Below are positions 26,701-38,533 of a stretch of DNA of 64,000 nt, in pieces. Made by a program: the position numbers and the translations under genes. The stretch's first letter is position 1; every line of letters begins with the position of its first letter. This stretch comes from Batkoa obscura (Eukaryota), in NCBI GenBank assembly GCA_030770535.1, contig JASVEC010000001.1, positions 186,001 through 250,000 on the forward strand. The letters are read 5' to 3'. Under the pieces are notes generated by a model, which saw only the letters and a list, made by a program, of their open reading frames with translations, was not told where the DNA came from and did not search any database.

Positions 26701-27477
26701 ATGAAATCCATTATATATTTAACCTTACTTTCTTTAATTAGTGCTCAGTCCACCTCTAATTCAGCTGATTTACCTCCTGGACGTGTTGTTGGTGGATATG
26801 AGGTTAATCCAAAATTCAAGTATCCATGGATGGTCTCGCTTCAAAATAAAGGTGTACATTCTTGCGGAGGCTCCTTACTAAATGGGAATACAGTCATCTC
26901 TGCAGCCCATTGCATCGGGGGAGAAGATTCCGACTGGACTGCAGCAGTACATCGCCATGATTTGAGTAAAGCTGCCAGTATTGAAAATGGAAAAGCTTAT
27001 AAGGTCATTAAACGTATCCCACATCCTTTGTTTAACAGTCAAACAGTTTCAAATGATGCTGCTATTTGGAAGCTTGACAATCCTGATCATTCTCCTACAG
27101 GTCTTTTATTAGATGATGGAAAATACTCTAACAAGGATAACACTCTTTTAAAAGTTATTGGATGGGGTACCACTTCATCTGGTGGCACTGTTTCAAATAT
27201 TCTATTAGAGGTCAAAGTACCAGTATTTAATGCTGACAATTGTAAAAAAACAGCCTATAATAGAATGAATATTACGTCTCAGTTTTGTGCCGGGTACCCA
27301 GAAGGCGGTAAAGACTCATGCCAAGATGACTCTGGAGGTCCAATATTTATTGAGGAAAATGGTTCACCAGTATTGGTTGGTATTGTGTCATGGGGTGAAG
27401 GTTGTGCCCTCAAAGGAAAACCAGGTGTTTACACTCGTACTTCTGTTATTAGAGATTTTATTAAGCAAAATTTATAA
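26701..27477 (+). CDS. Secreted trypsin-like protease T3 (DDSGG variant)
   Basis: R|VVGG and SAAHC present, catalytic triad intact, but GDSGG is changed to DDSGG. Confidence 0.93.
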   Translation: MKSIIYLTLLSLISAQSTSNSADLPPGRVVGGYEVNPKFKYPWMVSLQNKGVHSCGGSLLNGNTVISAAHCIGGEDSDWTAAVHRHDLSKAASIENGKAYKVIKRIPHPLFNSQTVSNDAAIWKLDNPDHSPTGLLLDDGKYSNKDNTLLKVIGWGTTSSGGTVSNILLEVKVPVFNADNCKKTAYNRMNITSQFCAGYPEGGKDSCQDDSGGPIFIEENGSPVLVGIVSWGEGCALKGKPGVYTRTSVIRDFIKQNL

Positions 27478-28643
27478 TTTTTAATAAATGTAATTCTTTT
27501 CAATTGTCTTGTACTTTTTGTATCATTAAAGAAGGTTGAATATTTAGCAGTATATGACATTAAGAAAATTCTTTTAATTTTCTAATGTAGCATTTTTAAC
27601 TGAATAAACCACAAAACCTTCTGGGCTTTATGCTTAGTCTTTTCAAATCCTTTATGGTAAAAATTGATAAATTTATTTTATATATATATAATTATTTTCA
27701 TGTTAAAATAAACATTAAATATCTTGAGATTTAGCTATTATAACAATAGAAGCTTCAATCAAATTTTAAAATATATTTATAAATTATCCATGAACAAACG
27801 AGTAAGTGTAAATCAGCAAGTATTACTCTATAAAGTTATAGTGAGTGTAGCTATCTTTGAAGGTTATAATTATAAGTTTATACAATGAATGTTATTCAAT
27901 TATTTTGGATTTTGTAATGAGTGAAAACTAACTCAACCAGTTTGCGGTTTAAATTAATGCAATGATTTAACGGCTATCGGTGGCTACCTCACCAAACCGC
28001 TGTTTCAAAATAAAGCTTTAAGTGGGATATCTTATTTGAAAGTCTAGCTAGCTCTAGGAATAACGCGATTATTGTTTAAATAAGCTATAATACCTTTCAC
28101 TCGGTTAAATAGTTACACAACGAAAAATTTAAAGAAATGATTAAATATGCCTTTATTATGCTGAATCGTAGATTTACAATAGTAATGTTCGAGTTTGACT
28201 ATAAATATTTAATAATGGTCTATAATATCACTTGTAGGAAAATATCAAAAATTTGACTATTTAAATTAAAAATCTAAAAAGTTTAGTTTACTGATATATT
28301 TTTAAATTAAACATAAAACATGACTCAGTAAATCAGGCATGTATCATGAGTAAACTTTTTAAAGAATAAAAATCAAATTAAATAAAATGGACAGATAATT
28401 GACTTTAGTGTCATGCATTAAAATTGATCCTTGTGGACTTGTTACATCCCTGATATAATAGATAGTTAGCTAAGTTAAAAAGTATTAAATAATAACTTGT
28501 ATTATATCAATATAGATACATCACGTCGAGTCACGCTCACATTCCAATTATAAAAATTTATAATTAAACAAATTGTAGTGTAACTAAGGATAGAGAAGCA
28601 TATAAAAAGAGAGCATCAAAATTCAACTTTAAATAAATTAAAA

Positions 28644-29417
28644 ATGAAATCTGCCATTTTATTATCTCTTTTATCTCTTGTAGCTGCTCAAACCAAAGAA
28701 ACTGGTCTTTTCCCACCTGCTCGTATCGTCGGTGGTTATGAAGTTTCTCCTCAATTTAAATATTCATGGGTAGTCTCTCTTCAATATAACGGTAGACACT
28801 CATGTGGTGGTACCTTAGTTAATGGAAATACCATTGTATCCGCTGCACATTGTGTCATTGGTGCCGATTCTGCCTGGAAAGCTTCTGTTCATCGTCATAA
28901 TTTAACATTAACTCCCGAAGCCGAAAGTGGTAAGACTTACAACGTTATAAAACGTACTTCACATCCTAATTATGTTGCTTCTACTTTCTCTCATGATGTT
29001 GCTGTTTGGAAGATTGATGCTCCAGCTGGTCCATCCACTGGTGTATTATTAGATAGTGGTAAATGGGCAAATGCTGATAACACTCTCTTAAAAGTTATTG
29101 GATGGGGTACTACTTCATCTGGTGGTGCTGTATCTAAGGTATTACTCGAAGTCAAAGTACCAGTTTTCAATGCTGATCAATGCAAAAAGACTGCTTATGG
29201 TACTCTTGACACTACTACTCAATTCTGTGCTGGTTACCCAGAAGGTGGTAAAGACTCATGCCAAGGTGATTCTGGAGGTCCATTATTCATTGAAGAAAAC
29301 AATGCCCCAGTATTAGTTGGTATTGTTTCATGGGGTAGAGGATGCGCTCTTAAAGGTTACCCAGGTGTATATACTCGTGCCGCTGCTGTTACTGATTTCA
29401 TTAACCAAAATCTATGA
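28644..29417 (+). CDS. Secreted trypsin (S1A) T4
   Basis: Near-identical to T2 outside a central patch. Confidence 0.95.
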   Translation: MKSAILLSLLSLVAAQTKETGLFPPARIVGGYEVSPQFKYSWVVSLQYNGRHSCGGTLVNGNTIVSAAHCVIGADSAWKASVHRHNLTLTPEAESGKTYNVIKRTSHPNYVASTFSHDVAVWKIDAPAGPSTGVLLDSGKWANADNTLLKVIGWGTTSSGGAVSKVLLEVKVPVFNADQCKKTAYGTLDTTTQFCAGYPEGGKDSCQGDSGGPLFIEENNAPVLVGIVSWGRGCALKGYPGVYTRAAAVTDFINQNL

Positions 29418-29814
29418 ACTTAATAAAATAGCTTGTAGATTATCATTTGCTATATTATTATACTTTAACTATTTTAGTGTATTTAAGCATTTTAGGAAAT
29501 TAAACATTTGAATTTTAGTTAGGAATAACTGAGTTTCCTGGTAATTTTTTCTCAAACATTTTGATACTAATTTTTACAACACAAGGATTATTAATAAACC
29601 AGTGTAAATTAAAGGTACTAAATATAACTACGACACCAGCCCTAATACTAATCTAAATCTAAAACCAATCATACTATTAATGTTATTAAGTAAAACTTAG
29701 CAAAGCATTTAAAATTATAAACCAGTATAAAACCGTTAATTTACTAAAAGTTAAAATTAACTTTTAGTAAATTATTGGCCATCATTTTTGATTGTAGCTT
29801 ATTTTTTTATATAT

Positions 29815-29909
29815 GCGGTGTTTTTTGGTTTCATCACTTTCTATATTTTTTAGTCACTATTGAGCGGAAAAAATATGAGTAAATTTCTTAAACAAAAAGA
29901 GACATCTAC
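29815..29909. mobile_element. MITE-A copy (diverged)
   Basis: Family core, ATAT flanks. Confidence 0.75.
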
Positions 29910-29964
29910 ATATATATATTTTAGCCTTATTTCCAACCAGGTAACATCTTTAAAATTGGAGAAG

Positions 29965-30390
29965 TATACATTATTTATGATACATGGAGGGAGTACCAAA
30001 AGTTCAGTATATCAGACTTTGAGATTTGAAATTAGAGGAATTAAACAAATTTTATCGAATGTTAAAATTTGACCTGATGTTCTTCAAGTCGAACTCCATC
30101 CTTATCTTACTCAACATGAATTACTTGAATTTCACAAAGATGAAAGTATTCAAGTAATCGCTTATTTGTCCCTTGAATCAGAACTCGCACCAAAAGTTTA
30201 CGAAAGCAAAGTGTTTAATGATATTGCGATTCGATCAGAAAAAGTTTCAGTTCTTATCATTTTAGTTTGGCGTCAGTAATGTAGTACTATTATAATATAT
30301 ATTTATTAGCGAAGATCATATTAAAAATGGATTGAAGACATAGGATCCTCCAAAGAAAATTTAATAAAATCACTTCTTGAATTATTCATA
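29965..30390 (+). pseudogene. Aldo-keto reductase pseudogene fragment (C-terminal half)
   Basis: Translates as IKQILSNVKI*PDVLQVELHPYLTQHELLEF..., colinear with IKQILSEAKIRPAALQVELHPYLPQPELLEF of the AKR at 48059; contains stops and deletions. Confidence 0.85.
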
Positions 30391-30748
30391 AATGTATGGC
30401 TCAAAAATTTCAAACGTTTGCTCTAAATGTTCAATATTTCCATAGATCTAAGTTTGTATAAGTTATAGTTACTTTCATAAGTTATTTCATTTAAATAAAG
30501 TATAAAAATGGACTCTAAAATAATCAGTAAAAAATGACAATAGATTTAATAAATTCTACGTTTAGAATCAACCATAAATAGGCTGTATAAATTAAGTAAA
30601 AAAAGAGAAAATATTACACAAGTTGCATTACCATTTATCACAATAAGAAATAAAACTAAAATTTAAAAATAAAGTTTTATAAAATTACTTACTTTTAATT
30701 CAACTTCATAATTATCACGTTTGATATAAAGGATCCATATTCATTTTC

Positions 30749-31474
30749 TTATGCTTTAACAACGTTATTCTTAGTTTGATTAGTTGATTCTAAAGAGATA
30801 TCTATATTTTCTGCGGGTGAAGTTTGGGCAGCAATTTTAATAGCGAGGGGGTCATTATCTTTATCAACAAATTGAGATTTCACTGGAAGACAATCAGAAG
30901 CAAGACGGAAAGCTTCTTTAGCTAACTCAAGTGGAAGATTGGGTCCGGCAATTTCAAATAAAATTTTATCTTTTGGTACTCTACATGCCCAATATTCAAA
31001 AGCACCTTTACCTTTACCCATTCGACTTTCATTGCCTTTAGCCGAAACTGGAATATCTGGAAATACTCGAAGCCAAATCTTAGTTTCTTTAGCTGGTTTA
31101 ACTTTACGACGAATTACATTATGGCATGCAGTTATTACTGAAGCGGATAATCGAATTCCTTCCTTAATACGAATTCCATATTGTCCAAATGCAATTGTAT
31201 TACCTTTTTGAGATCCTCCTGTACGTACTGGTACTCTTCCTTTCTGTGCTTTTTTATGTTTACGACGTCTTGGTGCTAAATTACTGGCATTACGTTGTGT
31301 TTGTAATTGTGGGTTAAAAGCTAAATTATTGATGACAGGTACAGATGATTTCATTAAGTTGGAATAGCTTGAAACTGGTTTAATACCATTGAACAAGCTT
31401 GTCTTCATAGGCGATGTCAATGACTGACTTGAACATATTCTAAAGCTTTTGGTTAACACTGATAATAAAGACAT
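30749..31474 (-). CDS. MRPL16: Mitochondrial ribosomal protein uL16m
   Basis: PRRRKHKKAQKGR, GNESRMGKGKG and FEI motifs; Ser/Lys-rich mitochondrial presequence. Confidence 0.95.
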   Translation of the reverse strand: MSLLSVLTKSFRICSSQSLTSPMKTSLFNGIKPVSSYSNLMKSSVPVINNLAFNPQLQTQRNASNLAPRRRKHKKAQKGRVPVRTGGSQKGNTIAFGQYGIRIKEGIRLSASVITACHNVIRRKVKPAKETKIWLRVFPDIPVSAKGNESRMGKGKGAFEYWACRVPKDKILFEIAGPNLPLELAKEAFRLASDCLPVKSQFVDKDNDPLAIKIAAQTSPAENIDISLESTNQTKNNVVKA

Positions 31475-32057
31475 TTCTATAAAACAAAGCTAATTAAATA
31501 ATAGTTGACCAAAATTGAATAATTTTAGATTGATAAATTATGGGACAATTAACAACTTTGCCCTATTATTGGCTTGATTTTCGAATTGATGCAACAACCA
31601 AAATTTAGTTCTCGATTCCATTTTTTTACAGAAATAAACTCACTTGTAACTTTTTACCAAATGCATATATATGGGTTAGTTTGAAAGCTCAGTTCAATTT
31701 TTATCCAATTTAAATTTTAGCAAAAATTGCGAATTAAGTACCTTGTGCTATGAAATTAGTTACTTTTTTAATTTTAATTACTCCACATAGGAGCATTTTT
31801 TATCCATTATTTGGAGATGTTTTTTACTAATTGTTCTTTTTGCTATTTTTTTAAAATTGGGAACTAACTAGTATGTTGTTCAAGCTTAGATATGTGCTAG
31901 CTAACCCTTTATTTTAAAATAAAAATTAAATTGATAAGCATCAAATTATCACGATAGAACAAATAGTTGATTATAAAGCTCATCATTTGCCAGCACACAT
32001 TCAAATTTAAACAGCTGCATTGACTAATTTTTAAGTTTTAGAAAAATAGTAAAAAGG

Positions 32058-32603
32058 TGTGAAAGTTGGTACTCAGTGGTTGGAGTTAAAAGCAGTTCTT
32101 GATTGATTAACTTGCCTTGAGTCGAACGGTCTTAGTTTATATAACTAAGATAGACTTAAATGAATAGGAATAATACGTAATAAGTTACGAACTATGTAAA
32201 ACAAATAGAATAGAAAATACTGCTGTAAAATCTACGTAAGATATTGTCAGAAAAACTTAGTGGCCTTATTGATGGTACGATATCAGGGAATAAGTCAATC
32301 AAAAAGCCTCGAGTTATCATACTGAAGAATCTCTTTTATACTCCAACTTGGCGGCTATATGTAAGGGGCATAATAATAGTTATTCCTTATTACAGTTGCC
32401 AAGTATGGGCATTAAAACGTGGACGATAAGTTCATGGTTAGGCGGTAGTAATTCTCACAGAAAATCTAAATAAGAAACTTTGGATTGATTGTATCACATG
32501 AATCACGATCAAATTGAATACAAGGCTATAACTAGTTTTGTAAACAAGTTAAGTGCTTATTATGTGATAATCAATTATAGAGCTGATGAAGCAATATTTC
32601 ACA
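32058..32603 (+). mobile_element. Solo-LTR-like element
   Basis: TGTGAAAG...TTTCACA termini, AAGG 4-bp TSD. Confidence 0.75.
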
Positions 32604-34329
32604 AAGGGTAATTAGTAAAAAACATTCCCGTTTATTTAAAATTAAATTTACGTTACATAGAAAAGGGTCAAAAAAATACAATGGAAAACTTCATTCTTAA
32701 TTTTAAACAAGGTTTTAAAGCTTCCCATATTTCGGAAAAAGAGACTACTTTGCTTCAAAACTCACAGATTCATGATTTTTATAAAAATTTATTCGAAATC
32801 AATCAAATTTTTTTTGATAATTAAAGTTCCTTTATCTATGCATAGTTGATGATAAATAAAACTACTGTCTTCTAATAAAGTCAGATAAAACTATTATTAA
32901 AAGTAAGACAGCTATATAATATGTATATAAAATTAGCACTAGGCTTCTGTAAAAGATTCTATTCAGTTTTTATAGCTATAAAGTGGCCATATGAATATAT
33001 AGTATAAAGCTAATAAAAACATGATGGAATAGCGTTATAAAGTAAACAATACCATTATTTACTAGCAATGGGTATCTGTATAACGGTGATTATGTTTGAT
33101 AGATAAATAGGATCAATCTCATTATATCCTATTTAATGTTATTATGTGTAATAGACTATAAATACTCAGTTTGTTTTGGATGATAAAAAATACAATCCTT
33201 AGCATTTGAATATCAGGATCATTAATAAGCTGATTGTATATAAATATCTTTTACAAATAGCCATTCTTCACCTTTTTTGTTAAAAAAAAATTCTATAAAT
33301 AGTATATTCCGTTCTTTAGCTATTTAGAATACTAAAAAATATTTAATGAACATACAGCAAATAAGAACAATAAAGAAAAATATCCATTTTTTAGAAATAT
33401 ATGATTTTCTAACTAACAATTAATATTCATACTTTTATAATTTAAAATAGCAGTATAGCAACAGTTTTAAGTAAGCTAAGATCTAGAAAATAAATACCAA
33501 CAGTAAACTATCGATAATAGCGAATTTATAATTATAGTATGAAAATCAATTCATGGGGTGGTTTTTAAGAATAGACACTAATACTTCAGTAATATAGATG
33601 TTCTGATCTTATAGCAATTAAGAGTATTATTATTACAATCGCATTATGAAATAAAAATTATTGGTCAAAACTGTGTTATTTTTGAAATTTAAAACTAAGT
33701 ACCGACAGTAATGATAGCTTATCCATATTAAAAGAATATTACGATAAATCATGTTATTATTAAGGATACTTTATTTCTTGTTATCAAATTATACATGTCA
33801 CATGTATTTTAAAGATATTAAATTATTTTATCTATAAATATCTTTAGTTATCAATGCTTGGTATATCTTTTATTAGTTGTAGAATCACACTATTTAATGA
33901 AAATCATGGTCTAGCCTTTAGAACAAGAACTTCAATACATTATCATTCGTATATTATTAAAATTGAGTATTGCTCAACTATAATCTTCAGTCTTACTATA
34001 AAGCTTCCTACGGCTACCTTTACAAAAATAAATCTAATCTTGAAGTTAAAAGATTCTTCTTATTAAACTTTATTATAGAAATAAGTAAAATTCGCTTATT
34101 AGAAATGTTTATGTTTATTAATATAGTATTGATCTTTAAATTTTTATAAAACAATGAGTCATAAAACGAACCAAAGTAATCAAAAAGATAGAAAACTTTA
34201 AATAGATATAGCGTTCAAAAACTAAATAAAAAGATCTTCATTTATTAATATAAAAATGCCAGAGTAATTGGTTTTTAAACAACGGAGTTTGGTCTATTTA
34301 TATTATTATCACCAACCATAAACACTGCC

Positions 34330-34647
34330 CTATCCTCTTCTTTGAAGTGGTACATCAAGTCCTCTTCTGCCATATGGTCTATAAGCTCCTCTTCTTTCGA
34401 GTGGTATATCAAGTCCTCTTCTGCCATATGGTCTATAAGCTCCTCTTCTTTCGAGTGATATATCAAGTCCTCTTCTGCCATATGGTCTATAAGCTCCTCT
34501 TCTTTCAAAGGATTGAAAAGATCCGATTTTTTGATTTGATGTTACTATTCCTTCAATAGAATCGCTAGGAATAACTGGAGCAGCAACGACAACAAAGTTA
34601 TTGACGATTAAAATAGTAAATAAAGTTCCGATGAAATGAGTATACAT
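34330..34647 (-). CDS. Secreted Kex2-processed repeat peptide precursor A (3x GAYRPYG)
   Basis: Signal peptide and pro region, then RR-GAYRPYG-RR-GLD[IV][SP]L[EQ] repeats (54-bp DNA unit); TATAAATAC about 45 bp upstream. Confidence 0.85.
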   Translation of the reverse strand: MYTHFIGTLFTILIVNNFVVVAAPVIPSDSIEGIVTSNQKIGSFQSFERRGAYRPYGRRGLDISLERRGAYRPYGRRGLDIPLERRGAYRPYGRRGLDVPLQRRG

Positions 34648-35816
34648 GATTTGTTTTTTTATGTTTTAACATCTCTTTATTTACATGTATTTATATGTTT
34701 TTGTTGATGGTTGATGTCTGATAAGGGATATTTTTTTAGAACTATACATCGGATGTGTTTGTATTCTAATTTTTTTATTATCCAATTAATTTTATTTCAT
34801 AATAGAATATAATGCTGTTTATCCTTACTATCACTTTATATCACGCCAAATCACACTTTTGATTCTTAACATCCATATGATTTATTAATATTGGATTATT
34901 TTATATCATGCACTATGAAAATTTGCAAACAATTATTATTTTTTGCTATTATTAATATTTATTTAATTTAATCAAACGCTTGCCTATTAAATAAAGTTTT
35001 GGAATTTATGTTTTGTAAAAAATTCTAAAGGCTAATAATTGAACATCACAATATTATGAATTAAGCTTACCAACTACAAAATATTAATAATACATTTCCT
35101 CCTTTAAACTGATAATTCGATTTCAATGAAATAACTGTATACTAATATTCTAATCTTTATTAGATATATTGGTATGGATCAAAATAGCTCTAAAGAATCA
35201 TTGTTATTTTAGCTTAATTTTGAGTAATACTATAGAGTGAGATTACACTTAAATTTCTGCTAATGCCCTTCTAACCAAAGCTGTTAATAGCCTTCTTATA
35301 CAACGTTCATGTAAAGATGTATATGGGAAGGTATTTTTGTCCAAGCATTTAGCAAATTTTTCTAATTTTGTGGCATAGAAGAACAGAAAAATGATGTATT
35401 TCCATGTTTTAAATTAAAAATAAAAATGTGTTTATTATATTAAAAAAGTGAACCAACTTGTGGATCAAAAAAAGATTGTAACTCAAAAATTATTTAAGGA
35501 TAAGTTCAAGCGTTTTATTAGGGATTTATATAAGATAGATATAATGATCTTTGACTAAAGTTGAATCTTATACAAATAAGCTAGTGTTCAGATATAGACA
35601 GTATAAATCTACAAGCAAATTGTAGAAAATAATTGAGTACTTAGTCTGGCTCACTTTAACTGATGTATTTTTTAGCAAAAGCCGTGAAAAATATGTTAAC
35701 AAAGTAAATCAGACCAAATATAACATAGCTAAAGTTATGATTTTTTATTAACAATGTTATTATGTATAAATGTAAATATGATTGAAAGGATAGAAGGGAT
35801 TAATTTTTGATTGTAT

Positions 35817-35912
35817 GAGGATGTTTTTTTGTTTAAAAATTTTACTAACAGTCTTTCTGCTCAAATAGCGCTTAAAAAATGGAAAAAGTAATGAAACCAA
35901 AAAAACATCCTC
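35817..35912. mobile_element. MITE-A copy
   Basis: GAGGATGT...ACATCCTC ends, family core. Confidence 0.85.
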
Positions 35913-37047
35913 ATATTATGAAATAAAACTAATTGGACGAATATCAATTATTATTTGTATAAACAATATAAAATATTTTTTGATTAACTATCCCTGACTT
36001 CAAGTGCTTTAAACATTAAAAATTGAAGTCCCCAAAAAGGCAATATTAGAAACCTATTAAAATAAACATGAAATGTATAAATATCATATTAAATATGACT
36101 GTACTTCAATTGTGTTTTTCCTAAGTTCTCTGTAAATAGATTTTTCTGTCTATTGAATATCAAAATATAAAAAAATTATTTAAACTACTCATAAAATAAA
36201 AATAAAAATAAAAGTAAAGATGAAAAAAATGGTTTAAAATATAGAATAATAAATCTTAATTGCCATTTAAATAATTATACTTCTTAAATACCGACATTGA
36301 AATAACTTTAAATAAGATAACCTCAAGATAAATAACGGCCAACAGCAAATTATTACTATATAAAATTAACTTGAATGTTATTTTATTAAGGAAATGCCTT
36401 CAATTTATAGTGGTGTAGGTGATTTGATCTTATAATATTCAGGGATATTATTTTATAGTTGTATTATGAAATAAAAACAATTGGTTAAAAATGTATTGAT
36501 TTCAAAAAATAAAAGTAAATTCCAAAACCAATGGTGCCTTTATTCCATTAAAATAACATAGCTTTGAGTCATGTTATTAATAGTAATCTTTCAAATCATT
36601 GTGCTTTAAGATTTACTATAGGAAGCTCAATACATTATTACTTTCGCCTTGCTGGACTAATTTTACTTGTGTAAGATGTCTTGGTCAATAAAGATCCTAA
36701 CATTTGCCTTTACTTCTGCTTGGCTATTAACTCTAATCTTGTAATAAGAAAGTATATGACTCCCATTAAAAAGTATATAATTTTAAATTGACCAGTTTAT
36801 AAAGAATGCAATAACAAGGTGCTTATACAATATTTGAATAATCACAATAAACATATTTGTAATATAATATTGACTATAAAAAAAGCAAATGTAATCGATT
36901 TTAATGTATGATTTGAAAAAATTAAATAAATTACTAATAAAATAAAACAAGACTCGTATTTATTAGTATAAGAGTATTAAAATAACAAATTTTCCTATAA
37001 GAGAGCTTGGTCCATTTATATTATTATCACCAACCATAAACACTGCC

Positions 37048-37392
37048 CTATCCTCTTCTTTGAAGTGGTACATCAAGTCCTCTTCTTTGAAGTGGTACAT
37101 CAAGTCCTCTTCTGCCATATGGTCTATAAGCTCCTCTTCTTTCGAGTGGTATATCAAGTCCTCTTCTGCCATATGGTCTATAAGCTCCTCTTCTTTCGAG
37201 TGGTATATCAAGTCCTCTTCTGCCATATGGTCTATAAGCTCCTCTTCTTTCAAAGGATTGAAAAGATCCGATTTTTTGATTTGATGTTACTATTCCTTCA
37301 ATAGAATCGCTAGGAATAACTGGAGCAGCAACGACAACAAAGTTATTGACGATTAAAATAGTAAATAAAGTTCCGATGAAATGAGTATACAT
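37048..37392 (-). CDS. Secreted repeat peptide precursor B (3x GAYRPYG, extra GLDVPLQ)
   Basis: Near-identical to precursor A plus one 27-bp unit duplication. Confidence 0.85.
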   Translation of the reverse strand: MYTHFIGTLFTILIVNNFVVVAAPVIPSDSIEGIVTSNQKIGSFQSFERRGAYRPYGRRGLDIPLERRGAYRPYGRRGLDIPLERRGAYRPYGRRGLDVPLQRRGLDVPLQRRG

Positions 37393-38433
37393 GATTTGTT
37401 TTTTTATGTTTTAACATCTCTTTATTTACATGTATTTATATGCTTTTTTTTAAATAGTTTGTGTATAACACATAGCGCTTTTTTGTAACTATGCAATATA
37501 TATGTTTTATATTATAATTTTTATTGTCCAATTAGTTTTACTTTATAATGGAATATAATACTATTTCTCTATATCCACACTTTATGTTACATTAGGTCAC
37601 ACTTTTGATTTTTAATATTTGTAGGTTTTATAAATACTTAGTCATGTTATATCATGTACAATAAAATTTTTAATAATATCTGCTCTTATTATTATTAGCA
37701 TTAACCATTTATTTTGTTTAAGTAGATAATCACCTATTAAGTATTATTTTGGATTTTATTTTTTAGTTTCAAGTTCTAAATCTAGATTTAAATGACAATA
37801 CATTTACTGTGAAATTGAAATTATTAATTTTATAGTATTATAGTGTTGCTCTTTTTAGTAAAAAAATAAGCATTTATTAAGATAACTGTACTATATTTTT
37901 TGATCCATATCGATTGTATGGTGCGCATTTTAACATGGTGGCATATTTTATGTTATTTTAACTAATTATTGGTTAATAATATAGAATAAGTCAAAAGTTA
38001 TCTCAGTGCTTCTGTAAACAAAATTATTTTAAAAGTTACTTTGTAAAGTTTATAAATACGATGTGGTGTTTTTGCATCAATGAAAAGTTTTGATGTGAAA
38101 TCCTACAAAACATTATACTCTGCCAAGTATTTTGGGATAAAGCACGCTAGTTATGAAAATTAGCATGAATATCAAAGTGTATGAAACATCACATTTAAAA
38201 CGGATATCTTTTTAATAAGTGAATTAAGACTTACAAAGTAGATTAGATTTTAGAATCACTTAATGCTAGTAGCAAGCACTTCAATGGGAGTCTAATAACA
38301 AATGTATACACTAATCATTAAAGCAACTTTTAGTAGTTTTAGAGCTATATATTAGCCATAAAAAGTATAATTTACGACATATTATTTAGAAGAACAGTAA
38401 AAAATATCGTTGAAATGATATATTTTAATATAT

Positions 38434-38533
38434 GGAGGTGCTTTTTTTGGCTTAATCACTTTTTTTATTTTTTGAGCGCTATTTGAGCGGAAAAATCGTT
38501 ACTAAAAATTCTTAAACACAAAAATACATCCCC
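38434..38533. mobile_element. MITE-A copy
   Basis: Family sequence, ATAT TSD. Confidence 0.85.

Noticed and set aside
15513..29511. Short overlapping ORFs inside the carboxypeptidase and trypsin genes
   Set aside because: Shadow frames of real genes; their recurrence reflects the gene duplications.
32244..32429. 61-aa ORF
   Set aside because: Lies within a solo-LTR-like element, has a non-ATG start and is not conserved in the other copies.
34340..34510. 54-bp tandem repeats that could be mistaken for a CRISPR array or minisatellite (also 37055-37255)
   Set aside because: No unique spacers, eukaryotic context, and the repeats encode the peptide modules in frame.
34275..37304. Alternative-frame and antisense ORFs over precursors A and B (MKEEELIDHMAEED..., MVHQVLFCH..., MKWYIKSSS...)
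   Set aside because: They are open only because the repeat lacks stops; only the signal-peptide frame is conserved across all seven paralogues.
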